DNA from: Candidatus Latescibacterota bacterium | GTDB lineage: Bacteria; Latescibacterota; UBA2968 | Reading direction: 5' to 3' | Length of the DNA stretch: 64,000 nt | NCBI GenBank assembly: GCA_965116885.1 | Contig: OZ220741.1 | Span: forward strand, 1,664,001 to 1,728,000 | Shown here: piece by piece, positions 48,891 to 59,832 of the stretch | Layout of the letters: each line of letters starts with the position of its first letter | Numbering within the stretch: position 1 is the stretch's first letter | The notes under the pieces: generated by a model | Seen by the model: the letters and a program-made list of their open reading frames with translations, nothing else | Databases searched by the model: none | What the model was told of the DNA's origin: nothing | Program-made: the position numbers and the translations under genes

Positions 48891-48919
48891 TTGACACGGC
48901 ATTTTAATCTCTTTATATT
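48891..48919 (+). promoter_or_regulatory. Strong sigma70-type promoter
   Basis: TTGACA-17 nt-TATATT. Confidence 0.7.
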
Positions 48920-49098
48920 CTCCAAAATAGCGAATAATCCAACAATTCAATAAGGAGGTTGACTGTGTTGCCCAAACCCGATTCGTAGCTGGGGTGCAAT
49001 AAAGTATTTGGTGGAGATTTTTCGGCATACAGCCTGTGTTTTTATTTTGACAACTAACGCGCACACAAGGAGGAGGGCCATGCCACCAACGAATTTAT

Positions 49099-49160
49099 GC
49101 GGCTCCGATGAGAAGTCATACTGTGAATCACTTTTGATTGGAGCCGCTTTTTATTTTTCT
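49099..49160 (+). terminator. Terminator-like hairpin in leader of CBS gene
   Basis: GCGGCTCCGA..TTGGAGCCGC followed by TTTTTATTTTT. Confidence 0.6.
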
Positions 49161-49202
49161 TGAACCCATGAAATTTTTCCCCTAACTCATGGAGGTATGA
49201 TC

Positions 49203-49646
49203 ATGACCATTCGAGATATTCTCGACCAAAAAGGTCGCCGCGTGATTACGATTGCCCCTGATCACACATTGGATGTGGTACTGGCTACGCTGATTCAAAA
49301 TAGCGTGGGTGCACTTGTCGTGCAGAATCGAACAGGAGATTTGCTCGGTATTATCACTGAGCGCGATCTGATGCGCGAGGTGTATAATGGCGCGGATTTG
49401 CAGGCTGCGCGCGTTGAAGATGTGATGACGCGCGATCTTGTTACAAGCCATCCGGATTCCGATATTGAATATGTGATGGCAGCAATGACCGAGGGGCGAT
49501 TCCGGCACATGCCGATTGTTGATGAGGTGGGTCGTCTCGCTGGCATTGTGTCGATTGGCGATATTGTTAAAGCCAAGTTGGAATCTGCTGAGGAAGAAGT
49601 GATGATATACAAGGATTTTGTCACGCTGGATTGGCGGGCATCGTAA
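49203..49646 (+). CDS. Stand-alone CBS-pair domain protein
   Basis: IRDILDQKG, VGALVV, GIITERD, MTEGRFRHMPIV, GIVSIGDIVK; GGAGGT RBS. Confidence 0.94.
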   Translation: MTIRDILDQKGRRVITIAPDHTLDVVLATLIQNSVGALVVQNRTGDLLGIITERDLMREVYNGADLQAARVEDVMTRDLVTSHPDSDIEYVMAAMTEGRFRHMPIVDEVGRLAGIVSIGDIVKAKLESAEEEVMIYKDFVTLDWRAS

Positions 49647-49681
49647 CACAGGAGGTCGATGTGTCTGAAGAACTATCCGAC

Positions 49682-49722
49682 AAAAAAGTCTTCGGTTGCT
49701 GGGTGAACCGAAGACTTTTTTT
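49682..49722. terminator. Bidirectional intrinsic terminator (CBS gene / nqrF)
   Basis: AAAAAAGTCTTCGGTT..AACCGAAGACTTTTTT. Confidence 0.88.
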
Positions 49723-49751
49723 ATGTGATTGATTTTAATTTTTAATTCTTA

Positions 49752-51002
49752 TTACCCGCCAAAATCGTCGAATAAGATATTCTCGGGTTCCACACCCATA
49801 TCGTCCAGCATATCCATGCATGCCACTAACATCAGTGGGGGACCGCAGATATAATATTCACAGTCTTCAGGAGCCGGATGATCTTTCAAATATTCATCGT
49901 AGAGTACCTGGTGAATAAATCCGGTCAAGCCCGTCCAGTTGTCTTCCGGCATGGGGTCGGATAATGCCACATGCCATGTAAAGTTGTCGAAATCGCGCTG
50001 CAATCCGTCGAAGTCATCGACGTAGAACATTTCATTCAGGCTGCGCGCACCATACCAGAAGGTTACTTTGCGGTCTGTGCCAATGCGTTTGAATTGATCG
50101 AAGATGTGCGACCGCATCGGCGCCATGCCAGCGCCGCCACCGATGAAGATCATTTCGGCATCGGTTTCTTTGGCAAAGAACTCGCCGTAGGGTCCGGAAA
50201 TGGTTACGTCATCGCCCGGCTTTAGATCAAAAGTCCACGACGACATTTTGCCCGGGGGAATACCCGTTGTGCCCGGCGGGGGGGACGCCACGCGGATGTT
50301 GAGCATGATGATCCCTTTTTCTTCGGGATAATTCGCCATTGAGTACGCGCGAAAGACGGGTTCATCTACTACCGAGACATTGTCCCATACATTGAAATGA
50401 TCCCAGGTGCTTCTAAAGCGGTCTTCCCCATCGGCGGCTTTGATGTCGAAGTCGCGGTAGTCAACGGTGTGGGGTGGGCATTCGATTTGGATAAAACCAC
50501 CGGCGCGGAACCCGACATCTTCTCCTGGCGGCAGTTCGAGAACGAGTTCTTTGATGAATGTGGCGACATTGTAATTCGAGATTACTTTGCAGTCCCATTT
50601 TTTGATGCTAAATACTTCGGCAGGGACTTCGATATCCATATCGCCCTTCACCGTGACCTGGCACGAAAGCCGACACCCTTCCCGCGCTTCTTTGCGGTTG
50701 ATGTGCGATAGTTCGGTGGATAAGATATCGCCGCCGCCTTCGTTGATCGTCACTTTGCACTGCCCACAGGTGCCGCCTCCGCCGCATGCGGAGGATACAA
50801 AAATTCTATTATCGGCCAATGTGTTGAGCAATTTGCTGCCTATGGGAACAGAAACGCTGTGGTCGGGATCGTCGTTGATGGTGATGTGAGCCTGTCCTGC
50901 GGCAACCAGCCGAGATCTGGCAATGAGAATAATCGCTACCAGCATCAGTACAATGGTGGTAAACATCCCTACACCGAGTAAAATTAGCCTTACGTCTTCC
51001 AT
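49752..51002 (-). CDS. nqrF: Na+-translocating NADH:quinone reductase subunit F
   Basis: [10 protein letters not shown] 2Fe-2S motif, [22 protein letters not shown], ends DDFGG. Confidence 0.98.
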   Translation of the reverse strand: MEDVRLILLGVGMFTTIVLMLVAIILIARSRLVAAGQAHITINDDPDHSVSVPIGSKLLNTLADNRIFVSSACGGGGTCGQCKVTINEGGGDILSTELSHINRKEAREGCRLSCQVTVKGDMDIEVPAEVFSIKKWDCKVISNYNVATFIKELVLELPPGEDVGFRAGGFIQIECPPHTVDYRDFDIKAADGEDRFRSTWDHFNVWDNVSVVDEPVFRAYSMANYPEEKGIIMLNIRVASPPPGTTGIPPGKMSSWTFDLKPGDDVTISGPYGEFFAKETDAEMIFIGGGAGMAPMRSHIFDQFKRIGTDRKVTFWYGARSLNEMFYVDDFDGLQRDFDNFTWHVALSDPMPEDNWTGLTGFIHQVLYDEYLKDHPAPEDCEYYICGPPLMLVACMDMLDDMGVEPENILFDDFGG

Positions 51003-51025
51003 ATTATCTCCACGCTTGCCTGGAT

Positions 51026-51637
51026 CTAAAGTTGAATCCCCGAAAAGAGCATAAATGCCATTGCCATTAAGCCCACGGTCATAAACGTAATGCCCAGCCC
51101 GCGCAATGCAGGTGGCACGTTGCTGTATTTCATTTTTTCTCGTATGCCCGCCAGCCCGACAATGGCGAGCGCCCAACCCGTGCCGCTGCCCAGCCCAAAG
51201 ACGACGCTTTCTGAAAAATTAAAGTCGCGTTCGACCATGAGCAGGGAACCGCCTAAGATCGCGCAGTTCACTGTGATCAGAGGCAAGAATATGCCCAGGG
51301 CGTTGTATAGAGAGGGCACGTATTTGTCCAGTACCATTTCCAAAATTTGAATCATCGCGGCGATTACGCCGATATATGTGACCAGGCCCAAAAATGTGAG
51401 ATCTACGTTTGGCAAACCCGCCCAGGCGAGCGCGCCTTCGGTCAGGACATGGGTAAAAATTAAATTGTTGATCGGCACTGTAATTGTCTGCACCACAATC
51501 ACCGCAATGCCCAGGCCCACAGCGGTTGTCACCTGTTTGGAGACAGCGAGATATGTACACATGCCCAGGAAGAAAGCGAGGGCCATATTTTCGACAAAAA
51601 CGGCTTTGACAAATAAGCTGATATAGTGTTCGGCCAT
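51026..51637 (-). CDS. nqrE: Na+-NQR subunit E
   Basis: [31 protein letters not shown]. Confidence 0.97.
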   Translation of the reverse strand: MAEHYISLFVKAVFVENMALAFFLGMCTYLAVSKQVTTAVGLGIAVIVVQTITVPINNLIFTHVLTEGALAWAGLPNVDLTFLGLVTYIGVIAAMIQILEMVLDKYVPSLYNALGIFLPLITVNCAILGGSLLMVERDFNFSESVVFGLGSGTGWALAIVGLAGIREKMKYSNVPPALRGLGITFMTVGLMAMAFMLFSGIQL

Positions 51638-51638
51638 T

Positions 51639-52322
51639 TTAATCCTCTTCCACTTGCTCGGGTTTCCACGCTCGCACAACCCAGATGAAGAACCCGATTA
51701 AGAAAAACGCACTCGGCGATAATAACATCAAGCCGTTGGGCATGTACCAGCCGCCTTCGGTAATGAGTGGCAAAATGTCAACGCCCAGAAGTTTACCCGA
51801 TCCCAAAAGTTCGCGGAAAAACCCCACCACAATTAAGATGGTACTGTAACCCAATCCATTTCCCAGGCCATCTAATAAGCTGTGCGTGGGGGGATTTTTC
51901 ATTGCAAATCCTTCGGCGCGTCCCATGATGATGCAGTTGGTAATGATCAGTCCGACAAAGATCGACAATTGCTTGGATATGTTGTAAGCAAATGCCTGAA
52001 TAGCCTGGTCGGCGATAATCACAAGCGAGGCAATAATGGTCATTTGTACGATGATGCGGACGCTGGACGGGATGTGATTTCTGATCAGGCTTACCGATAT
52101 ATTGGAAAGCGTGATAACAAAAATGACCGCCAAAGACATGACAATTGAGGTTTCCAGCTTTGTGGTCACCGCGAGTGCCGAACACACGCCCAATACCTGA
52201 CGCCCGATGGGGTTGTCATCAAAGATGGGCGTCCATATCAGGCTTTTGGCTTCTTTCGCCGTCAATGACGGTGATGGTGGCACTTCTGGCGCTTGTTCTT
52301 CCCGTTCGATTACTTCAGCCAC
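51639..52322 (-). CDS. nqrD: Na+-NQR subunit D
   Basis: [29 protein letters not shown]. Confidence 0.97.
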   Translation of the reverse strand: MAEVIEREEQAPEVPPSPSLTAKEAKSLIWTPIFDDNPIGRQVLGVCSALAVTTKLETSIVMSLAVIFVITLSNISVSLIRNHIPSSVRIIVQMTIIASLVIIADQAIQAFAYNISKQLSIFVGLIITNCIIMGRAEGFAMKNPPTHSLLDGLGNGLGYSTILIVVGFFRELLGSGKLLGVDILPLITEGGWYMPNGLMLLSPSAFFLIGFFIWVVRAWKPEQVEED

Positions 52323-53112
52323 GAGCACCTCCTTGTTTTAGCGTGTCTAAAAATCGACCGTATCCTTCGTTGCCCAACCAGTACTTGAGCATACTGTCTA
52401 ATCCCCGTGTGGTGATGGTCGCTCCCGATAGACCATCGACCTGGTATTTTGCTTTTTCACTTTTGGGATTTACCTGGCCTTTGATTACGGAAATTGCGAC
52501 ATTGCCAGCATCGTCATAAGCCTGTTTGCCGGGCCACAAGCCCTTCCATCTGGCGTTATCGACCTCGCCACCCAGTCCCGGGGTTTCGCCGTGTTCGTAA
52601 AATGTGATGCCCTGAATGCTTTGCAGGTCATTGCCCAGAGAGACAAAGCCGTAGAGTGTGGACCAGAGACCATAGCCGTAAATGGGCAAGATAATGCGCT
52701 GCAATTTGTCGTTTTCCATCACTTTATAAACGAAGATGTATTTCGGACGGTTGCGAATATTTGCTATGTCTCTATCCGCATCAACAGAACGCCCAAAAGT
52801 GGGGTCGGCGGCCATTTTCTTTAAGTCATACGTATCTACGTCGATACCATCGGGATATTCTTCGTTGTTCAAGATCTGCCCCGTGTCCAGTTCAATAAGC
52901 AGTGGTACGACTTTATTTTCGTAAACGGACTGGACATCGACCGAGGGATCGTATAGCCCACCCGCAATCAGGATATTTTTTACTTTGTCGAGGCGTTTGT
53001 TTTCTTTTTGGATATCGTGTAAGGATACCGCAAATAGTGAGACAAAAAGAGAACAGACCAGACAAAGGGCCACCGCAACAAAGATCGTTTTTTGGATGCT
53101 GTCATTCTGCAC
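52315..53112 (-). CDS. nqrC: Na+-NQR subunit C
   Basis: [19 protein letters not shown] site [10 protein letters not shown]. Confidence 0.96.
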   Translation of the reverse strand: MQNDSIQKTIFVAVALCLVCSLFVSLFAVSLHDIQKENKRLDKVKNILIAGGLYDPSVDVQSVYENKVVPLLIELDTGQILNNEEYPDGIDVDTYDLKKMAADPTFGRSVDADRDIANIRNRPKYIFVYKVMENDKLQRIILPIYGYGLWSTLYGFVSLGNDLQSIQGITFYEHGETPGLGGEVDNARWKGLWPGKQAYDDAGNVAISVIKGQVNPKSEKAKYQVDGLSGATITTRGLDSMLKYWLGNEGYGRFLDTLKQGGARG

Positions 53113-54301
53113 GGGCCAGTCTCCTTTGGATATTGCGGTTGATAAAGACGCGGTCAATGATGGGCGCGAATACGTTGGCGAATAATATGGCCAGCATGAT
53201 GCCTTCGGGATAGGCCGGGTTGGTCACGCGGATCAATACTGTCATGACGCCTATCAAAATGCCATAGATCCATTTGCCCTGGCGCGTCATGGCTGCGCTG
53301 ACCGGATCGGTTGCCATGAATACCGTGCCAAATGCAAAGCCGCCGATGACGAAATGCCAGGCTGGAGATACGTTGAGCAGTGGATTGGTGGTGCTGCCGA
53401 TCCAGTTGAAGAATAGTGCAGATACAATCATGCCGATGGTTACACCGGCCATAATTTGCCACGAGCCAACGCGTGTGAGAATTAGAATGCCGGCACCCAG
53501 CAAGCAGCAAAGCGTTGAGGTTTCTCCCATGGATCCCGGAATCAAACCGATAAATGATTCCCACCATGTGTAATCCATCTGGATATGGGTATCGGCATAG
53601 GCCGCGAGTGGGGTTGCCTGACTATATCCATCGACGGCGATCCAGACTGCATCGCCCGAGATTTGCGCGGGATAGGCAAAATAGAGAAATGCGCGGCCCG
53701 TGAGCGCGGGGTTTAAGAAGTTCATTCCCACGCCGCCGAAGATCTCTTTGCCTATTACAACGCCAAAGATGATGCCTATAGCGACCTGCCACAGGGGAAT
53801 CAGGGGCGGCATTGTCAGGGGGAATAGCGTGCTGGTAACGAGAAATCCCTCGTTGATCTCGTGTTTGCGAATGACTGCAAAGATGGCTTCGCATAAGCCG
53901 CCCGCGGCTACGGTTACGAGTTGTACGGGTACAAAGTAAATAGCGCCAATCGCAAGACAACTGAGTACGTCGGAGGGCAGGAAGGACAAGCCCAGTACCT
54001 GGGCGAGCCAGACGTGCCAATCGCCAGTGCCGATTGCGCCGATATTTTGATAGGCCAGGCTGGCTTGCAAACCCGTATTGTACAGGGCAAATAAAATACA
54101 GGGTTGTAGCGAGAGTACGACCGTAATCATCATCCGCTTCAAATCCATGCCGTCGCGCACATGTGCATCGGCCTGGGTAACCTCACCGGGGGTGTAGAGG
54201 AATGTGTCCCCGGCTTCGTAAAACGGATACAGTTTTTCGAGTTTACCGCCTTCTTCAAAGTGCTCTGCCTGTTTGTCCAATAAATCGCGTAGGGGCTTCA
54301 C
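53102..54301 (-). CDS. nqrB: Na+-NQR subunit B
   Basis: [41 protein letters not shown]. Confidence 0.97.
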   Translation of the reverse strand: MKPLRDLLDKQAEHFEEGGKLEKLYPFYEAGDTFLYTPGEVTQADAHVRDGMDLKRMMITVVLSLQPCILFALYNTGLQASLAYQNIGAIGTGDWHVWLAQVLGLSFLPSDVLSCLAIGAIYFVPVQLVTVAAGGLCEAIFAVIRKHEINEGFLVTSTLFPLTMPPLIPLWQVAIGIIFGVVIGKEIFGGVGMNFLNPALTGRAFLYFAYPAQISGDAVWIAVDGYSQATPLAAYADTHIQMDYTWWESFIGLIPGSMGETSTLCCLLGAGILILTRVGSWQIMAGVTIGMIVSALFFNWIGSTTNPLLNVSPAWHFVIGGFAFGTVFMATDPVSAAMTRQGKWIYGILIGVMTVLIRVTNPAYPEGIMLAILFANVFAPIIDRVFINRNIQRRLARAE

Positions 54302-54309
54302 TATCCTTA

Positions 54310-55662
54310 CTATCCTTCCTTTTCAATTTCGGTGAGATTTTCGCGCAAGATAGGCCCAAAATCCATTTTTGACGAACACGAAAATGTGCATAGTGATAGG
54401 TCTTCTTCATCCAATTCCAGAATACCGAGTTTTTCAGCGTCGTCGAGGTCTCGGGTGACGAGTGCCCGAATCAAAAAGTTGGGCAATATGTCCAGCGGCA
54501 TGACGTCGTCGTAATTGCCATGCGGCACGAGTGCGCGATGGCTGCCATTTGTGGAGGTGTTCAATTTGAGGCGTTGGCCGAAGAACATTTTGGACAGTGC
54601 CAGATTTTTGATGGTGAAAAATTCGAATCCCGGCGTGATCCAGCCCAAAAAGGCGCGTTTGTTGCCTTCTTCAAGTGCGGTGATCTGCTGGTGATACCGC
54701 CCCAGGAAGGCGCGTGTTTCGTCTGCTTTGCGCCCGGAGAGGACAGAGCCGCTGATGACCCGGTTTTCGACGTTTTCGAGTTCTCCTTCTACCAGGTCCA
54801 TTATTGAAGCTCCCAGACGGGTGCGGATCAATTTGGGGTGTTTTACGGTGGGACCGCTCAGAGCGACCACGCGCTCGGTCATAATCCGCCCGGTTGTGAA
54901 CAGATGTCCCCAGGCTATGACATCCTGAAGCCCGATGTGCCAGACTGTTTTGTTGCGGTGAACGGGATCTAAGAAGTGGATGTGCGTGCCGACCAATCCG
55001 GCGGGGTGCGGTCCGGTAAATTCTTCGACCTGTATGCGGTCATCATCGATTTCAGGCAGGTCCAATTCGGGGTCTCTACATACAAAAACCGTCCCATCCA
55101 CGAGTTTTGAGACGATTTTCAAGCCCAATGCGAAATTTCTTTCCTGTCCGGCTAATACACGCGCCATGTCCGGAGATAGTGGGTTGGTGTCCATCGCATT
55201 GACAAAAATGGATCGCGCCTCTGTCGCGGGGTCGGCTACTTTGCTAAATGGCCGCGCTCTCAGGGCGGTCCACTGTCCGGATGAGATGAGTTGTTCTTTG
55301 ACTGTTTCCCGGTCGAGATTGTCAATTTCGTCTTCTCGATGGGATTCAAAGGTGACTTCATCGTTGCCTTCCAGGCGGATGACCGTTGATAAGAAGGCGC
55401 GTTTTATTCCCCGGTTTATGGCGATTACCTCGCCTGCGCCGGGTGAGGTGTAAAGAACACCTTCCATTTTTTTGTCGGTGAACAATACATCGCCGAGTTT
55501 GACGCGGTCTCCCACTTGAGCCACGATTGTGGGACGCATGCCCACATAATCTTCACCTGAGAGTGCCACAGTTTGGACTGGTTTGCCATTTTGTACTGTG
55601 GATTGATCGGGGACGCCGCTAATGGGAAGGTCGAGTCCTTGTTTAATTTTTGTCAATGCCAT
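54310..55662 (-). CDS. nqrA: Na+-NQR subunit A
   Basis: [44 protein letters not shown]. Confidence 0.97.
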   Translation of the reverse strand: MALTKIKQGLDLPISGVPDQSTVQNGKPVQTVALSGEDYVGMRPTIVAQVGDRVKLGDVLFTDKKMEGVLYTSPGAGEVIAINRGIKRAFLSTVIRLEGNDEVTFESHREDEIDNLDRETVKEQLISSGQWTALRARPFSKVADPATEARSIFVNAMDTNPLSPDMARVLAGQERNFALGLKIVSKLVDGTVFVCRDPELDLPEIDDDRIQVEEFTGPHPAGLVGTHIHFLDPVHRNKTVWHIGLQDVIAWGHLFTTGRIMTERVVALSGPTVKHPKLIRTRLGASIMDLVEGELENVENRVISGSVLSGRKADETRAFLGRYHQQITALEEGNKRAFLGWITPGFEFFTIKNLALSKMFFGQRLKLNTSTNGSHRALVPHGNYDDVMPLDILPNFLIRALVTRDLDDAEKLGILELDEEDLSLCTFSCSSKMDFGPILRENLTEIEKEG

Positions 55663-55861
55663 TATGGTCCTCAATTTTTTCCAATAAAAAAAGCAACCAC
55701 AATTGTCAAATGGCCTTAATAAACAAGGGGGAGACAGACAGTGCAGTTGCTGTTTTGCAGGTGCTATGAACACCTACAGGCATTGGAAACAAATCCATCG
55801 TAATCCAGATAAAGAACAGGTGTGTTATTCAAAAATGCAATAGTTTTCTTGTTTCGAGATA

Positions 55862-55890
55862 AATTTATTATAAGCGTTTTTAATTGTCAA
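55862..55890 (-). promoter_or_regulatory. Candidate nqr operon promoter
   Basis: Minus strand TTGACA-17 nt-TAAATT; an overlapping TATAAT is also present. Confidence 0.5.
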
Positions 55891-56126
55891 GCAAAAGGCG
55901 TTGTGTCAAGAAAAATAAATTATGTGAGGATTTTCATGGTATAGGAAGGGAACCCGTATGTCCCCCAATCCGTTATAAAGTTCAATAGAAGATTTGCACT
56001 TGTGCAAACGGGCTAAATAGGGTATGTATGAACCAATGCCATCGAAATCCATAACTCGGAGAGGTCGGTCTTGGCTAACGATGAAAGGTCGATTTCTCGA
56101 AAACTCAAAAAAGGAACGGATTTGAC

Positions 56127-58478
56127 ATGAGATATTTGATACTGAATTTGTGGATTATTTTGTTCCTATCATCCGCGGGATGGGCAACTTCCGAGGTTGT
56201 GGATTCGCTGTCTGTTCTGGAAGAAGCTGTGAAAGTTGCGCCCAAAGATGGCGATGCATGGGTTGTGCTGGGTAATTTGTATCTCAATGCGGGGGAGATC
56301 GAGAAGGCCGATAGTGCGTTTCGCAAGGGCATTCGGTATGCCGGGTCGGCAGAGGCTTATGTGGGGTTGGGGCGGGTGTTTATGGCGAGGGGACCAACGC
56401 GGGCGCGACAGGGATTGCCGTATTTTCGGATGGCGCGGGCAAAGGATCCGAAGTTGATAGATGCCGAGTTGTATCTGGCGCGGGCAAAGGTGATGCTGCG
56501 CGATCTGGATGCTGAGGATGCGTTTCGCCGCGTGATTGCAATGGCGCCGGATTACGCGCCGGTGTATTTGGAATTGGCGGATTGGTATGTCAATAACAAT
56601 TTTGAAATGTATTACGGCGAGATTCGCCTGCTGTACGAAAAGTATCTGAGGCTGAGGCCGGGTGATGTCCATGCGCTTTACGGATTGGCGGTGTCTTATA
56701 CGGAGGAGCAGAATTACCGGTCTGTCGTTGGGATTGGTGAGATGGCGTTGATGAAGAATCCGGGCGAAGCGCGATTGTTGGCATTGCTTGCACAAGCGTA
56801 TGCGGGTATGGGCGATCCGGATCGGGCATTGGCGTTGTTCGCGCAGTACTTCGATGCGATTCCAGCCGAAGAACGGGCGATCTACAAAGATTTGCAGTTG
56901 GTGGCAAGGCCGGAGGAGTTGAAGGTGTATGAGTCGCTGCCCGAAGAAGAACGCGCAGCGTTTTTGACGACGTTTTGGCGCAAACGCGATTTGACTTTGA
57001 TATCGGGTGGTCTTGCGCGCGAGGCAGAACACTATCGCCGGGTGTGGTTCGCGCGGACGCATTTTGCGAAGGGTGTGCAGCCGTGGGACAGGCGCGGCGA
57101 GGTGTATATTCGGTATGGGGAGCCGGATTATCGGTCGCGGTCGCACGCGCCCAATGCAGTGCCGAGTGCCGAGGCTGAGGTGGTGAAGGAGAGGCTGGCT
57201 CTGGATATTGAGGGCGATTTTGTGGCGTCGGGCGAAATGACTGCGGAGTCGTTTTTTGGCGGTGTGGATGATGATGAACAGGCGGTGGAGGATTACGAGG
57301 GTGTCAATCTCATTGAACCGGCTTATCCCGTGTCGTTTAACGGACGGTCTATGCCGTGGGAGTCGTGGATTTACACGCAGGTTGGCGGTGGTGTAGAATT
57401 TGTGTTTGTGGATGAGTTGCTCAATGGCAAGTGGCAGTTTCCCCCGTTGCCAGATGGGACGCGCATGTCGGGTGAGCGGTTGTCCGCGCTTTTGCGAACC
57501 CATCCGGGCGCAGTGTTGAACGATGTGGTGGCTTCCACGCCGGAGTATTTTGATTTGCCGCCGGGGATTGAACCGCTGGAATTTTATTACGATGTGGCGC
57601 GTTTTAGAGGAGAAGAGGGCAAGACCGGGGTCGAGGTGTATTACGGGGTGCCGACGCTGGAGGTGGATATTGAAAATGAGAGTGGGCATGTGCGCCGTTC
57701 GGTGGTGATTTCAGACGATGAGGGTGAGGAGGTGTTTCGGACTCGGGATGATTTGCATTTTGGGGGTATTGATTCCACGCTGTTGAAGAAGGGGACATTT
57801 GTGCCCGATCTGGCTTATCTGGAAGTGCCATCTGGGACCTATCGCCTGGCGGTGCATTTGGCCGATGTAAATTCGGGTAAGTGGGGGGTTTATGTGCAGG
57901 ATTTGGAAGCCCCGACATTTTCCGATTCACTGGCGATGAGCGATCTGGAGTTGGCGTGGTCCATTGGTGAGGGAGAGGCGTATCACGATAAATACCGCAA
58001 GGGCGATGTGTGGGTGATGCCGATGCCGTCGCGCAGTTTTGTGAATGATCGCAGTGTGTTTGTCTATTATGAGGTCTATAATTTAAAACGCGATGAATTT
58101 GGGCAGACGCGATACAAAGTGTCCTATACGATTCAGCAGGATGTGCGGTCGGGTTCTTCGATTTTTGGGCTGTTGAGTGGGGGGTTCAAAAGATTGATGG
58201 CGAGGGGTAAAAAACCACAGGTGGCGGTGAGTTATGAGCATGTGGGGCGAGATGTTTGGGAGCCAATTCATCTGGAGCTGGATTCAAAAAAAATGATCTT
58301 GGGCCTCAATCAGGTTGAGGTTGAAGTGACGGATTTGTCGAGTGGTCAATCCGTGAAGCGCGAGGCTATTTTCAGGTTGGAACCAGCGCCGCAGGTGGCT
58401 GAGAGACAACGGGGGATTCAGGGCGATGATGCGCGACAGGGCAGGCGCGGGAGGCGGGGTGGTGAACGACGGCGGTAG
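56127..58478 (+). CDS. TPR-repeat plus GWxTD-domain secreted protein
   Basis: Signal peptide; TPR helices; FWRKRD..EHYRRV..A...F..WDRRGEVYIRYGEPD; WESWIY..EFVFVD; C-terminal Ig-like region and R/G-rich tail. Confidence 0.85.
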   Translation: MRYLILNLWIILFLSSAGWATSEVVDSLSVLEEAVKVAPKDGDAWVVLGNLYLNAGEIEKADSAFRKGIRYAGSAEAYVGLGRVFMARGPTRARQGLPYFRMARAKDPKLIDAELYLARAKVMLRDLDAEDAFRRVIAMAPDYAPVYLELADWYVNNNFEMYYGEIRLLYEKYLRLRPGDVHALYGLAVSYTEEQNYRSVVGIGEMALMKNPGEARLLALLAQAYAGMGDPDRALALFAQYFDAIPAEERAIYKDLQLVARPEELKVYESLPEEERAAFLTTFWRKRDLTLISGGLAREAEHYRRVWFARTHFAKGVQPWDRRGEVYIRYGEPDYRSRSHAPNAVPSAEAEVVKERLALDIEGDFVASGEMTAESFFGGVDDDEQAVEDYEGVNLIEPAYPVSFNGRSMPWESWIYTQVGGGVEFVFVDELLNGKWQFPPLPDGTRMSGERLSALLRTHPGAVLNDVVASTPEYFDLPPGIEPLEFYYDVARFRGEEGKTGVEVYYGVPTLEVDIENESGHVRRSVVISDDEGEEVFRTRDDLHFGGIDSTLLKKGTFVPDLAYLEVPSGTYRLAVHLADVNSGKWGVYVQDLEAPTFSDSLAMSDLELAWSIGEGEAYHDKYRKGDVWVMPMPSRSFVNDRSVFVYYEVYNLKRDEFGQTRYKVSYTIQQDVRSGSSIFGLLSGGFKRLMARGKKPQVAVSYEHVGRDVWEPIHLELDSKKMILGLNQVEVEVTDLSSGQSVKREAIFRLEPAPQVAERQRGIQGDDARQGRRGRRGGERRR

Positions 58479-58505
58479 AGGTGAATTTTCAGGGAAAAAC
58501 GAGAG

Positions 58506-58533
58506 GCGGTCACGTACTGTGACCGCTTTTTTT
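58506..58533 (+). terminator. Intrinsic terminator
   Basis: GCGGTCAC-N5-GTGACCGC then TTTTTTT. Confidence 0.8.
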
Positions 58534-59773
58534 ATGCGATAGGTGGTGTCCATCCCAGATCGCCAAATCGTCGGGAGGTGAGCGCGCGAATTTCACGGGC
58601 GCGGGCGAGGGTTTCGTCGCGTTCTTCCCGAAGGGATTCGGGACGATAGACTTTGCCAGCCCGGATGGTGAGTACGGGATGGATGTTTTTGCGCCCGATT
58701 TCCAAATTGTCTCTGACGTCGTGAAATCGGAATTCGCCTTCGCGGATTTCAAAAGCCGACAGGTCTGCGACGGTGCCGATTTTGAGGGTGCCCAGATGGT
58801 CGCTTCTGCCAATGGCGGCGGCAGCAGCGGTGGTGGTTTGGCGGATGATGTCGGGGAGTTCGATACCCAGATTGAGCAGTTTGGAGGCAGTTTCTGGGAG
58901 GCTATAAACGGGATCGTTGATTGAACCGGAGTGGATATCGGTGCTGATGACGTCGGGGAGAAAGTCCTGGGCGAGGGCTTTTTTGGCGGTTTCAAAAAGG
59001 AAACTGCCGCCGCCATGGCCGACGTCGAAGAGAATTCCCTGCTGGCGGGCATGGTGGACTTCGGGACGGATGATGTGCTGGCGGTTTAAAATGGTGTCGC
59101 CAATGGTGGCGTCTCCATTTCCGCGATAGCAGTGGGTGACGATGTCGCCCGGGCGCAGTTCGGCCAGGATGTCGGAGAGGGCGACGCCTGCACCCATGTG
59201 AACCATGACGGGTGTGTGGGCCATGTCAGCGGCCTGAACGGCCAACTGTAAGGGGACGATACCGTTTTCTCCGGTGATGGTTTTGCTGATGCGTACTTTG
59301 ACGCCTACGCAGGTTTCGGGATAGGTGTGGACGACGTAGGCGGTGCGTTCTGGATCGGCATATTTGATGTCGGTCATTTCTCCAATGGGGCCGTAGGTAA
59401 GACCGATGCCGCTGATGTGGATAAAGGTGAGAATCTGGGTGCGAGCAGGGGTGGCGATGAAGTCGCGGAAGGCGAGGAAATTGGCCCAGCCGGGACTGCC
59501 AGCGTCAACGATGGTGGTGACGCCGGTGGCGAGACAGAGGGCATCGGCTTGAATGCCCCAGGTGGTCGCGCCGGCAAAGACGTGGGCATGGATATCGATC
59601 CAGCCAGGGGTGAGGATTTTGCCAGTAAGGTCCAGGGTTTCTCTGGCGGAATCGGTGATGGATTCGGAGAGGGCGGCAATGGTGGCGTTTTGGATGGCGA
59701 CATCGCAGATGGCGTTGAGGTTTTGAGAGGGATCAATGACTGTGGCGTTTTTTAAGAGGAGGTCGTAGGGCAT
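58532..59773 (-). CDS. Amidohydrolase/deacetylase family metallohydrolase (dihydroorotase-like)
   Basis: PGWIDIHAH, GVTTIVDAGS, VKVR, MVH, THCY, DVGHG, ISTDIH; ATG 59773 with AAGGAG RBS. Confidence 0.9.
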   Translation of the reverse strand: MPYDLLLKNATVIDPSQNLNAICDVAIQNATIAALSESITDSARETLDLTGKILTPGWIDIHAHVFAGATTWGIQADALCLATGVTTIVDAGSPGWANFLAFRDFIATPARTQILTFIHISGIGLTYGPIGEMTDIKYADPERTAYVVHTYPETCVGVKVRISKTITGENGIVPLQLAVQAADMAHTPVMVHMGAGVALSDILAELRPGDIVTHCYRGNGDATIGDTILNRQHIIRPEVHHARQQGILFDVGHGGGSFLFETAKKALAQDFLPDVISTDIHSGSINDPVYSLPETASKLLNLGIELPDIIRQTTTAAAAAIGRSDHLGTLKIGTVADLSAFEIREGEFRFHDVRDNLEIGRKNIHPVLTIRAGKVYRPESLREERDETLARAREIRALTSRRFGDLGWTPPIA

Positions 59774-59805
59774 TGGGAGTCTCCTTTTTGTTGTGTTTAT
59801 CCCCG

Positions 59806-59832
59806 GTAGGTGCGGTGCCCCTGTGCCCGCGC
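59806..59832 (+). repeat. GTAG-family REP palindrome
   Basis: GTAGGTGCGGTGCCCCTGTGCCCGCGC abutting the ROK gene stop codon. Confidence 0.7.

Noticed and set aside
48926..49080. Partial likeness to c-di-AMP (ydaO) riboswitch (GGGGTG.AAT, GACAACTAAC)
   Set aside because: Other core elements (GGGGGAACC, CCCGAA) are missing; cannot be called without a covariance-model search.
49650..49706. GGAGG plus short ORF after the CBS gene
   Set aside because: Only 15 codons and overlapping the terminator; no further support.
55921..55939. Possible Rex operator upstream of nqrA
   Set aside because: Too many mismatches to TTGTGAA-N4-TTCACAA.
56169..57689. 506-aa minus-strand ORF
   Set aside because: Shadow of the GWxTD gene; His/Arg/Ile-rich with no domain features.
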